Below, piece after piece: positions 1 through 8,571 of a DNA stretch of 21,730 nucleotides (its first letter is position 1; each line of letters starts with the position of its first letter). The DNA is from Promethearchaeia archaeon. Its GTDB lineage: Archaea > Asgardarchaeota > Lokiarchaeia > Sigyniarchaeales > SOKP01. The position numbers and the translations under genes are program-made. The notes beneath the pieces were generated by a model that was given only the letters and a program-made list of their open reading frames with translations, searched no databases and had not been told where the DNA came from. The DNA lies in contig JAWOFX010000013.1 in assembly GCA_046497275.1 (NCBI GenBank), forward strand, positions 1 through 21,730. Reading direction: 5' to 3'.

Positions 1-315
1 TCTCTGTGTCATAGATGTACAGAACGATGCCCAAAAAATGTAGATTATTCATTCATTTTAACGTTACTCAGAAATCTTGCAGTTGATGAGGGAAGTGTTC
101 CTGATGAATATTTAGCAACCCTTCAAACGGTAAGTGAAAATGGGTTTGTTGTACCCTATTCTGGAAGAATGAAAGATACTATCGATAGAAGACGTGAAAA
201 AATGAACCTACCTCAGATAGAACCACCCAATTTAAATGAAGTTAATTTTATTATTGAAGATACAGGTTTAGGACATTTACTTAAAAAAGAAAATACAAAG
301 GAGGAGAAAAAATAA
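1..315 (+). CDS. hdrC: Heterodisulfide reductase subunit C-like ferredoxin protein, C-terminal part (5' end outside window)
   Basis: Frame 1 reads SLCHRCTERCPKNVDYSFILTLLRNLAV...EEKK* without interruption. It shows the tail of a CxxCxxCxxxCP [4Fe-4S] motif and an LRNLA segment typical of HdrC. Its TAA overlaps the hdrB ATG (TAATG, 313-317). Not in the supplied ORF track. Confidence 0.85.
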   Translation, partial: SLCHRCTERCPKNVDYSFILTLLRNLAVDEGSVPDEYLATLQTVSENGFVVPYSGRMKDTIDRRREKMNLPQIEPPNLNEVNFIIEDTGLGHLLKKENTKEEKK

Positions 316-1193
316 TGGAATATGCATTGTATTTAGGATGTACAATCCCTTTAAAAAATCTTAATTTTGAATATGCCTTTCGGGAAGTTAGCAAAAAACT
401 TGAAATAGATTTCAAAGAAATGCCAGGTGCTAGTTGTTGTCCCGATCCAATTGCTATTCAATCTTTAAATGTTGATACATGGTTAACTTTGGGTGCAAGG
501 AATTTAAGCATTGCTGAGAAGATGGGCTTAGATATTTTTACTGTATGTTCTGGATGTTATGAAACTTTGAAAACGGTAAATGTATTATTAGAAGAAGATG
601 AAGATGCATTTAAAAGAGTAAATAAAACTCTAAAAAAAATTGGGTATGAATATAAAGGTACTCAGAAGGTAACACATTTTGCTGAAGTGTTCAGCAGCGA
701 TGAGATGCTTGAAAAAATAAAGGAAAAAATCGTGAACCCTTTAGATGGATTGAATATCGCTGCACATTATGGATGTCATCTCATAAGACCATCTAAAATT
801 ATGCAATTTGACGATCCAGAACGACCTGAAACATTAGATAAGATTTTAGAAGTTCTTGGGGCAAACACTTTAAATTTTTCTACGAAATTAGAGTGTTGCG
901 GCTATTGTGCCAGATTAAACGAAGAAATTGGATTTGATCTCGTAGAACAAAAAATGGAAGATTTAGCTCATCTTGATACGGATGTTGATGCTTTAGTTGC
1001 TGTGTGCCCTGCTTGTGTCAATCAATACGACAGAAAAGAAAGACGATTGCAAAGGGATTTTGAAGAACTCGATATCCCAGTACTTTATTTACCAGAATTA
1101 ATGGCTGTTGCGTTTGGTATTGATATAGACACACTTGACTTTAAGAGACATGCGATAAAACCAGATAAATTGATTGAAAAATTAAAAGCATGA
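315..1193 (+). CDS. hdrB: Heterodisulfide reductase subunit B (two CCG domains)
   Basis: YLGCTIP, SCCPDP, CSGCY, HYGCH, ECCG and VCPAC supply all ten Cys of the two non-cubane [4Fe-4S] sites. 292 aa, translationally coupled to hdrC. Confidence 0.93.
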   Translation: MEYALYLGCTIPLKNLNFEYAFREVSKKLEIDFKEMPGASCCPDPIAIQSLNVDTWLTLGARNLSIAEKMGLDIFTVCSGCYETLKTVNVLLEEDEDAFKRVNKTLKKIGYEYKGTQKVTHFAEVFSSDEMLEKIKEKIVNPLDGLNIAAHYGCHLIRPSKIMQFDDPERPETLDKILEVLGANTLNFSTKLECCGYCARLNEEIGFDLVEQKMEDLAHLDTDVDALVAVCPACVNQYDRKERRLQRDFEELDIPVLYLPELMAVAFGIDIDTLDFKRHAIKPDKLIEKLKA

Positions 1194-1282
1194 AGAATTA
1201 ATTAAAATTTTTTTACAAAATATCAAAATAATCGAATTTAAAAAACAAAAAAGTGATTTTAAAAAAAAGTGGAATTGGAAAA

Positions 1283-1978
1283 ATGATAATAACACAACAA
1301 AAAGATATTGATGAGATATATGGAATGGTAGAACCATATAATAAAATATTAATCGCTGGATGCGATGGATGTTGCCAACCACCGCGCTCTATTGAACAAG
1401 CTCGTTTACTTGGTGAATTATTAGAATTAAAAGCAAAAAGTGAAGGAAAGAAACTTGAGTGGAGAGCCATCACAGTTTTAAGACAATGTGATGATAGAAT
1501 TACCGCTACTACTGTAAGACCGTATGTAGAAGAATACGATGCAATTGTGTCTCTCGCATGCGGGTTGGGAGTAGTAATGATGAATAGGGTATTCGAGGAC
1601 ATTTTAACTTTTCCCGCGCAAGATAGTATGTTTGCAGGAGCTGAAAATGCTGGAGAGAATTATTATGCAGAATATTGTGAGGAATGTGGGGAATGTCTTC
1701 TTGCTGAAACTGGAGGGGTTTGTCCCATGGCAGGATGCGCAAAGCATCTGAGTAATGGACCGTGTGGAGGAATGGTTGATGGAATGTGTGAAGTTGGGGA
1801 CTATACTCATGAATGTGCATGGGTTAAAATCTGGGAGCGTTTGAAAAAGTTTGATAGGTTAGATCTATTTAAAAAATATCGTCCACCACGAGATTATAGA
1901 CTACGGACCTCACCAAGTTTCATTGAAATAAATAAAGAATATACCAATGAACAACCTGAACAAGAGGCGAAAGAATAA
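1283..1978 (+). CDS. metV: Methylene-tetrahydrofolate reductase small Fe-S subunit MetV (copy 1)
   Basis: MIITQQKD start (ATG 1283, preferred over the track's 1253), RQCD, LACGLG and the Cys-rich CEECGECLLAETGGVCPMAGCAKHLSNGPCGG...CEV...ECAW of the MTHFR C-terminal-like domain. Directly upstream of metF. Confidence 0.88.
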   Translation: MIITQQKDIDEIYGMVEPYNKILIAGCDGCCQPPRSIEQARLLGELLELKAKSEGKKLEWRAITVLRQCDDRITATTVRPYVEEYDAIVSLACGLGVVMMNRVFEDILTFPAQDSMFAGAENAGENYYAEYCEECGECLLAETGGVCPMAGCAKHLSNGPCGGMVDGMCEVGDYTHECAWVKIWERLKKFDRLDLFKKYRPPRDYRLRTSPSFIEINKEYTNEQPEQEAKE

Positions 1979-1979
1979 A

Positions 1980-2933
1980 ATGGGAAATCGACCAGCTTAT
2001 AGTAATTTATGTAAGAAAATTGAGGAAGGACATTTTGTATTTACTGGAGAACTCGAGCCTAAAAAGATCTTGGATCTTGAAGAAATCATCGAATCTGCCA
2101 AAATTATGAGAGAAACCAAAAAGATCGCAGCGGCAAATGTTACAGATGGCCCCCAAGGAGACGCATATATGTGTTCAATGGTACCAAGCTATAAAGTTCA
2201 AGAGGAAGCGGGTATTGAGGCAGTATGGCAAGTGACAGTTCGTGATAGAAATCGTGTCGCTCTTTTCGCTGATGTTTTAGGAGCGGCAGTGATGGGACTT
2301 AAAAATATACTAGTTTTAACTGGTGATCACACTGCTTTAGGAGATCATAAGAGAGGAAGAGCTGTATATGACCTTGATAGCACCCAGTTTTGTGATATGC
2401 TTGGTAAGATGATTGACGAAGGTACAGACCTCAATGGTAATGAACTCAAAGGTGGAAAAATTGAGATGAATTATGGATGCGTTGCGAACCCAAACAGTAA
2501 TCCCAGAGAACCCGAGATCTTAAAAGTAGGTAGAAAAGTAGAGCAAGGAGTGGACTTCATTCAAACACAGACTGCATTCGATATTGATGAAGCGAAAGAA
2601 TTTCTTAAAGAATTGGAGCAATTTAATGTACCTGTTTTACTTGGAATCTTTCCGCTAAAATCCCATGGTATTGCATGGTATTTCGATAATTATATCCCTG
2701 GAGTGAGTGTTCCAAAAGACTTACTAAAATCTCTCAAAACCGCTGAAAAAGAAAATAAAGGAGACAAGCCTGCGAAATATGCTGCTATCGATAAGATTAA
2801 TATAGAATTTTTCAAGCCTTTTATCGAAGAGATCAGGAAAACAACGAAAGCAGCAGGTATTCATTGTATGGCAGTTGAATATGAACGACTTTTTGACCCT
2901 CTCCTTAAAGAGTTTGAAGAATACGCCTATTAA
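1980..2933 (+). CDS. metF: Methylenetetrahydrofolate reductase MetF (copy 1)
   Basis: TGELEP, NVTDGP, QVTVRDRN, LTGDH, ANPN, FIQTQ and GIHCM motifs of the MTHFR flavoprotein. ATG 1980 lies 1 nt after the metV stop; the track start at 1947 would overlap metV. Confidence 0.92.
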   Translation: MGNRPAYSNLCKKIEEGHFVFTGELEPKKILDLEEIIESAKIMRETKKIAAANVTDGPQGDAYMCSMVPSYKVQEEAGIEAVWQVTVRDRNRVALFADVLGAAVMGLKNILVLTGDHTALGDHKRGRAVYDLDSTQFCDMLGKMIDEGTDLNGNELKGGKIEMNYGCVANPNSNPREPEILKVGRKVEQGVDFIQTQTAFDIDEAKEFLKELEQFNVPVLLGIFPLKSHGIAWYFDNYIPGVSVPKDLLKSLKTAEKENKGDKPAKYAAIDKINIEFFKPFIEEIRKTTKAAGIHCMAVEYERLFDPLLKEFEEYAY

Positions 2934-3085
2934 AAGCAATTTAAATCAAAATATTCATCAATAATTTAATTTAAGCAAAAAAAGTCTAAAAAAAGAGTAA
3001 AAAAAATAATTTCCAAAAAATAATATAATTTTTTTTTATTATTATGTAGGCTCCAAAATATTAGAATTAAAAAAAGTGGTGTGAG

Positions 3086-3550
3086 ATGATGAAAAATTTA
3101 GATAAAAAAGATAAAATAATACTTGAAATGTTGATTGAGGATTCAAGAAGACCCTATAGAGAAATCGCAGATGAGGTGGATCTTTCTGAATCCACGGTTC
3201 GAAAGCGAGTAATAAAACTACAAGAGGATGGAGTAATAGAGAAATTTACAATTAAAGTGTGTAGAGAAGAGGAAAGATGCATTATGGCGTTCGTGACACT
3301 TATCCCAAAATCACAGGGTGAAATTAAGGAACTCCTCCGAGAGACGCAAGTATTACCAGAGTGCGAAGAGGTGTATTTTCTAGCTGGAGAATGCGGAGTT
3401 CTTCTAAAAGTAACTGTACCAGAAATAAACGAATTAGATGCATTGCTGGAATCATTTCGTGCACGAAGCGATGTGCGTAGCGTAGAACGTGTTTGCGTGG
3501 TACTAAAGCCTATAAAATCCCCCTCACCGCAGAATGGCGCAATCAGATAA
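3086..3550 (+). CDS. Lrp/AsnC family transcriptional regulator
   Basis: LDKKDKIILEMLIEDSRRPYREIADEVDLSESTVRKRVIKLQEDGVIEKFTI wHTH followed by a RAM-like domain. GGTGTGAG SD-like sequence upstream. Confidence 0.9.
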   Translation: MMKNLDKKDKIILEMLIEDSRRPYREIADEVDLSESTVRKRVIKLQEDGVIEKFTIKVCREEERCIMAFVTLIPKSQGEIKELLRETQVLPECEEVYFLAGECGVLLKVTVPEINELDALLESFRARSDVRSVERVCVVLKPIKSPSPQNGAIR

Positions 3551-3560
3551 TTTCTTTTTT
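3551..3560 (+). terminator. Oligo-T tract, candidate archaeal terminator after the Lrp gene
   Basis: TTTCTTTTTT immediately follows the stop codon; archaeal intrinsic terminators are T-rich. Confidence 0.4.
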
Positions 3561-3911
3561 ATTGAATCTGTTTATTAAAGATAATTAATTAAAGAGAATA
3601 ATATAAAATAAGCCTCACTTTGTAGTGGCTTTATTTCCTTAATGATTAAAAGTTTAATTTCAATTACATTAAAAATTCTCTTAATATAATATTAAAAATT
3701 TTTTATAGAAAATTCTCTAAATTAACTATATATTTGGAATTTTTTATAGTAAAAATCTTGGCTTTTTTATTAAAATATTCTCAGCATAGTATTTCTTATC
3801 AGAATTCCCTTCAATTAAAGAAAGAGAAAAATGCATTTATTTACCAAAAAAAAGAATATGATATAAGAAAAGAAAAATTATGAATATCTTTAAAATTTTA
3901 AAAAATCTTTT

Positions 3912-3918
3912 AGGAGGT
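3912..3918 (+). promoter_or_regulatory. Shine-Dalgarno site supporting the TTG start at 3926
   Basis: AGGAGGT 7 nt upstream of TTG 3926. Confidence 0.75.
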
Positions 3919-3925
3919 TATAATA

Positions 3926-5275
3926 TTGGATACTGTTTTTGAAGAGGCTCGAGAAACGAAAGTATTTGATAGTGTTGATGTTCTGGTCTGTGGTGGAGGT
4001 TCATCAGGAATCTTCGCAGCACTTGCAGCAGCAAAACATGGGGCCGATACTTTTTTAATTGAGCAAGAAGGGTTTCTTGGAGGTACAGCTACCTCCTACT
4101 TAGTAAATCCAATTCCCGAGATGATGGGGAAAGGTGGATTGATTCAAGAATTTATGGACCGAATGGCAGAGAATGGAGGATATATAAAACATAATCCATC
4201 CGAGGTAGAATACGATTTCTCACTTGCAAATACATATGATGTAGAGATCTTCAAATATATTGCACAAGAGATGTTAGATGAAGCTGGTGTTAAAATACTT
4301 TTGCATACACCCGCAGTAAAACCAGTGGTGGAGAAAAATGTCATAAAAGGGGTTATTTTCGAAAATAAATCTGGTAGGCAAGCAATTCTTGCGAAACGTG
4401 TTATCGACTGTACCGGTGATGGAGACATTGCCGCTCGAGCAGGGGTTCCTTATGATAAAGGAAGAAAAAAAGATGATCTTATGCCTTCAGTCTCCTTGCT
4501 TTTTCATCTTCATAATGAAAATGACCTTGATAAGTTACCTGTGACTCCATTCGGTGGTATTTTCCTTCTCAGTCCTCTCATGAAGAAAATAGCAAGGAAA
4601 GAGAAAATAGATTACAAATTACCCTACGATGTTGCTTTTCTTGTTCCTATGCCAGTGAGTCCTGGAAAACATTTGATAAACCTTGCCCATGTAAAGAATA
4701 TTGATGGAACAAATGCAGAAGATTTAACTCGTGCCCATATAATCTCGCGAAGACAAATTATGGAGGCAAAAAAAGTCCTTCGGCATCATCCATACTTTAG
4801 TTCTGCGTACGTTGCAAATACAGGAACACATATTTATGTAAGAGAAACCAGACGCATTAATGGGGAATATTATATAACTGAGGAAGATGCGCTTGGAGGA
4901 CGGCAGTTTGATGATGCAATCACCTCATGTGGGTATATGATCGATGTTCATCCCCTTGATAAAAGCGAAACGGGAAGATATGAAAATCATCCCCCATTTG
5001 ATATTCCATATAGAACTCTCGTACCTCTCAAAATCGACAATTTATTGGTCGCAGGACGTTGCATCTCCTCTGATCGAGTTGCTCAATCCGCTCTTAGAAT
5101 TGGTGGTACATGCATGAGTACTGGAGAGGCGGCAGGTACAGCGGCTACGCTCTCTATCCAAGAGAATCTAAATCCACGGGAAATTGATGGAAAAATCATT
5201 CGTAGAGCTTTAGAGGAACGTGGAGTCTTCATCAGAACCGAGAAAAACACTACTCCAGAAAAATGTATGTTTTAA
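3926..5275 (+). CDS. FAD-dependent oxidoreductase (FAD_oxidored/PF12831-like family), substrate unknown
   Basis: DVLVCGGGSSGIFAALAAAKHG...LIEQEGFLGG FAD-binding motif, IDCTGDGDIAARAG, VRETRRINGEY, FDIPYRTLVP, NLLVAGRCIS and GEAAGTAA. TTG start with a strong SD. Confidence 0.85.
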   Translation: MDTVFEEARETKVFDSVDVLVCGGGSSGIFAALAAAKHGADTFLIEQEGFLGGTATSYLVNPIPEMMGKGGLIQEFMDRMAENGGYIKHNPSEVEYDFSLANTYDVEIFKYIAQEMLDEAGVKILLHTPAVKPVVEKNVIKGVIFENKSGRQAILAKRVIDCTGDGDIAARAGVPYDKGRKKDDLMPSVSLLFHLHNENDLDKLPVTPFGGIFLLSPLMKKIARKEKIDYKLPYDVAFLVPMPVSPGKHLINLAHVKNIDGTNAEDLTRAHIISRRQIMEAKKVLRHHPYFSSAYVANTGTHIYVRETRRINGEYYITEEDALGGRQFDDAITSCGYMIDVHPLDKSETGRYENHPPFDIPYRTLVPLKIDNLLVAGRCISSDRVAQSALRIGGTCMSTGEAAGTAATLSIQENLNPREIDGKIIRRALEERGVFIRTEKNTTPEKCMF

Positions 5276-5326
5276 TTTTATAGTGAAAAAACTCATCTAT
5301 ATAAAAACGAACCAAAAAACACTATT

Positions 5327-6838
5327 ATGAAACTTAGCAGATTAAAGGTCTTAACAGGCGATGATTTAAAAGAAATTCACGAGACCACTATAGAATTATT
5401 AGAAGATGTGGGTATTAGAGTTGAAAGTGAGGAGATCAGGGTTTTACTTAAGAAATACGGTGCTCTTATTAACGAAGAAAAAAAGGGGGAATTCGTAAAA
5501 TTTCCAAGAAATTTGATCATGGAGAGTATTAAGAAAGTTCCAAAAGAATTTAGTTTATGGGGACCAGACGGCTCATATAATTTTACCATAAACACCTCAT
5601 CCACTAAATTTGGGACATTTGGCGCAGCAATTAATATATATGATCCTTCCCGTAAGAAAGAAATAAGGAAATCGAAATTAGAAGACACTATAAACCATAT
5701 AAGAGTGGTTAATGAATTAGAGAATATTGACTGTTCCCATATGGACGTGTGGCCAAGTGATGTTCCATTTACCGAACTTCATTTTCATACCTTAAGAGAA
5801 TGGGGAAGATATGCCAAAAAACCTTATGGAATGGGATGTTATGGAAGAACGGCTTCTTTAGATATGATTAAAATTGCCTCTATCATAAGTGGAAATATTG
5901 AAGAGATCCAGAAACGACCCCGTCTTTTAGGTGTTTTCAATCCCACTTCTCCATTAACTCTTCCTAAAATTTTATTAAATGGATTAGAAATATTTGCGAA
6001 ATTTGGACAACCAATAAATATTTCAGCAGCAGCGTTAGCAGGATCGAGTGCTCCAGTTACCTTAGCAGGCGTCTTAATACAAGCAAATATGGAAGTGCTC
6101 TCAGCGATTGTTATCACTCAACTTATAAATCCCGGAACTCCTGTTCTGTATGGTTCAACGAATACTATTATGGATCCATCAACAGGAAACCCTGCATATG
6201 GCTCCATAGAGATGGGGTTAATAACTATTGGAAGTGCCCAACTTACAGATTTTTATGGTATCCCCTCAAAAGGATCGGGTGCTCTTACGGAATCTAAATG
6301 CTTTGACATTCAAAATGGGTATGAACGTTTTATGACGCTCTTCTGTGCAGCAAATGCTGGTCATAATTATGTGACTTGTGCGGGAACCTATGAAACATCA
6401 TTAAGTGAAGCTTTGGAATTACTTGCTATTGATGATGAACTTATTGGAGTAATTAAGCGCGGAATGGACGGATTTCAAGTCAACGAATATACTCTCGCAA
6501 AACAAGAAATACGAGATATTGCAAATGGAATCCGAAAATCCTATTTAGGCACAAAACATTCTGTTAAGTTTACCCGTAAAGAAATCTTTAATCCTTCTCT
6601 AATTGATAGAAATCGTCGAGGGTTATGGATTAAGAATGGTCGGCAGGATATGTTTGAACGCGCACAAGAAAAAATCGAACAAATATTAAATGAATCAATC
6701 GAATCTAAGCTCACAAAAATTATTGAATCAGAGCTTAACGAGTACTACAAAATTATCTCGGACCGAAACCTGCAAGATTATAAAAAAAATGAGGGAATGG
6801 AAGATTCTGATGGAGATCTTAACATGTTAGGAGTATAA
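5327..6838 (+). CDS. mttB: Trimethylamine methyltransferase (MttB) superfamily protein, non-pyrrolysine type
   Basis: 503 aa. IHETTIELLEDVGI, SPL, AGSSAPVTLAGVLIQANMEVLSAIVITQLINPGTPVLYG, YGIPS and IDDEL...GI-type motifs. No in-frame TAG. The symbol denotes the family; the substrate is unknown. Confidence 0.88.
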   Translation: MKLSRLKVLTGDDLKEIHETTIELLEDVGIRVESEEIRVLLKKYGALINEEKKGEFVKFPRNLIMESIKKVPKEFSLWGPDGSYNFTINTSSTKFGTFGAAINIYDPSRKKEIRKSKLEDTINHIRVVNELENIDCSHMDVWPSDVPFTELHFHTLREWGRYAKKPYGMGCYGRTASLDMIKIASIISGNIEEIQKRPRLLGVFNPTSPLTLPKILLNGLEIFAKFGQPINISAAALAGSSAPVTLAGVLIQANMEVLSAIVITQLINPGTPVLYGSTNTIMDPSTGNPAYGSIEMGLITIGSAQLTDFYGIPSKGSGALTESKCFDIQNGYERFMTLFCAANAGHNYVTCAGTYETSLSEALELLAIDDELIGVIKRGMDGFQVNEYTLAKQEIRDIANGIRKSYLGTKHSVKFTRKEIFNPSLIDRNRRGLWIKNGRQDMFERAQEKIEQILNESIESKLTKIIESELNEYYKIISDRNLQDYKKNEGMEDSDGDLNMLGV

Positions 6839-6901
6839 GATAATTTCCCTCAGATTTCTTACTTTAGAAAAACTTATTAATTTCATAAGTGAAATACTAT
6901 T

Positions 6902-8245
6902 ATGAATGAAGAAGTACCTTATAATCGTTCTTACACCTTTATTTTCACATTATTTTACTTTTGCCAAGGATTTGTCCAAGGAGTACCATTCCTAGTTTGG
7001 CGACCATATATAGCTGATGTTTTAGAAGATGAATTTAGTATTGCATTATGGGGAATTGTCTATGCGATTGGGAATCTCCCGTGGGCAATAAAAATGATTG
7101 TGGGAATCTTTAATGATAAAATTGGCTCGAAAAAATATGGACGTCGATTTCCATGGATAATAAGTTTCGGGATCTTTGGGTCTATATGGTGGTTTATGAT
7201 AGCTGTTTATCTACCTATTAATGAATCAATCTATCTTTGGATGACATTATACTATTTTATGACACAACTGGGAATGGCTTTTGCCGATACTGCTTTAGAC
7301 GGGCTTATTTTGGATGTAACACCTAAAAGAAAATTAGGAAGAGTCCAAGGATATACGTGGACTGTAATGTTTTTAGGGTATGGTGTTGGTGGAATGTTGT
7401 TAACGCTTATTTTAGGATTGGAGAATCTTTATATTGTCCATATAATAACAGGAATTTTAATGGTAATTTCTTGTATTCTTCCCTACAAGATAAAAGAACC
7501 AGAACTCAAAGAAGTCCCATTAAAAGAATTTGGTAAAGATTTATTAACCTTTGCCACAAATAAAAGAAATTGGAAGGTCTATGCTTATACATTTTTAGGA
7601 GCATTCCAAGGAGTAATGTTGTTAGATTTCTTAACTTATACCATATTGATTTCCATGGGTGTGATAGAAGTTCAAGAAACAATCGCGCATATAGTTGGAG
7701 GTGGAGCTATTGAATTATTAGGTTGGAGTACACTATTCTATTTTGCAAGTGGGGTGGGTACAGTCATAGGTTCCTTAATATCTGGTAAATTTGGAGATGT
7801 AAGTAGGAAAAGAACAATATCATCCGTTTATTTGACATTTATTCCATATTGTCTTCTCTTAGTATTGCCATTTGCTTTTACAACGAATTTTTATATAGCA
7901 TTAGTTTTTGGTATTACTTTCCAAATCCTATTTGGAGGGATACAAAATGCATTAATGGTTGTCAATCAAACTATTCGTGGGGATTTGTCAAGAAATTATT
8001 ATCCAAATTTGAAGAGTACATATTTCGCACTTATAGTTTCATTAATAAATTTGGGACAAAATGTAGGAACCTTAATAGGAGCAGCTCTGTTGTCATTTCT
8101 AGTGTTATTTATAGATAACTTCTTTCTTAATGCGTTTATAATATCAGCTTTTTGCGCTCTTAGTCTATTAATTGCCTTTTTAACTTTTAGAACAATAGAT
8201 CCACTCGATTATGAGCTACAATTTGCATTGAAAAAGGATATTTAA
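6902..8245 (+). CDS. Major facilitator superfamily transporter (AmpG/BT1-like motifs)
   Basis: About 12 hydrophobic segments; LPWAIKMIVGIFNDK...GRRFPW loop motif, AFADTALDG, and GKFGD..SRKR in the second half. Confidence 0.88.
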   Translation: MNEEVPYNRSYTFIFTLFYFCQGFVQGVPFLVWRPYIADVLEDEFSIALWGIVYAIGNLPWAIKMIVGIFNDKIGSKKYGRRFPWIISFGIFGSIWWFMIAVYLPINESIYLWMTLYYFMTQLGMAFADTALDGLILDVTPKRKLGRVQGYTWTVMFLGYGVGGMLLTLILGLENLYIVHIITGILMVISCILPYKIKEPELKEVPLKEFGKDLLTFATNKRNWKVYAYTFLGAFQGVMLLDFLTYTILISMGVIEVQETIAHIVGGGAIELLGWSTLFYFASGVGTVIGSLISGKFGDVSRKRTISSVYLTFIPYCLLLVLPFAFTTNFYIALVFGITFQILFGGIQNALMVVNQTIRGDLSRNYYPNLKSTYFALIVSLINLGQNVGTLIGAALLSFLVLFIDNFFLNAFIISAFCALSLLIAFLTFRTIDPLDYELQFALKKDI

Positions 8246-8571
8246 TTAATTGAAACCATTTTTTTTTATTTTCTTTTTGTCATTGATTTTTACACACAAA
8301 ATTTCATAATATTTTTCGTATATAGATCACGAACTTATGCAATTTTGTTAATTATTAAAAAGTAAAACTTATTTCACTAAAATAATCGAATAAAACACTT
8401 AATCATATTCGACTTAAATATTAGAATTATGCCCCCTCATAAAGAGTTTAAAAAGATTGGAAATTATCCATATTTTAGAGAAAAGACCCATTCTAGTTAT
8501 AATTCGAAAGATTATTTTGAAGAAAAATATAATAAAAATTCACGACATACATTTTCTGAAATTCATCAATT

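Noticed and set aside
1191-1205. Selenocysteine at the TGA ending hdrB (or at 17621 ending the flavoprotein)
   Set aside because: Both TGAs fall at the natural protein ends and are followed by TAA within 0-3 codons; no SECIS-like stem is evident.
1182-1820. Minus-strand ORFs 1182..1382, 1213..1602, 1509..1820 and 1604..1810
   Set aside because: Antisense shadows of metV1 and the hdrB-metV junction with no motifs.
3606-3636. Imperfect hairpin AAATAAGCC..ACT-TTGT-AGTGGCTTTATTT
   Set aside because: Short, bulged and AT-rich; too weak to call an RNA element.
5327-6838. Pyrrolysine recoding in the MttB gene
   Set aside because: There is no in-frame TAG; the Pyl-equivalent codon is CTT (Leu).
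2724-8118. Track ORFs 2724..2939, 4144..4428, 5377..5688, 5839..6117 and 7849..8118
   Set aside because: They lie largely or wholly within well-supported genes on the other strand or frame and have no recognisable features.
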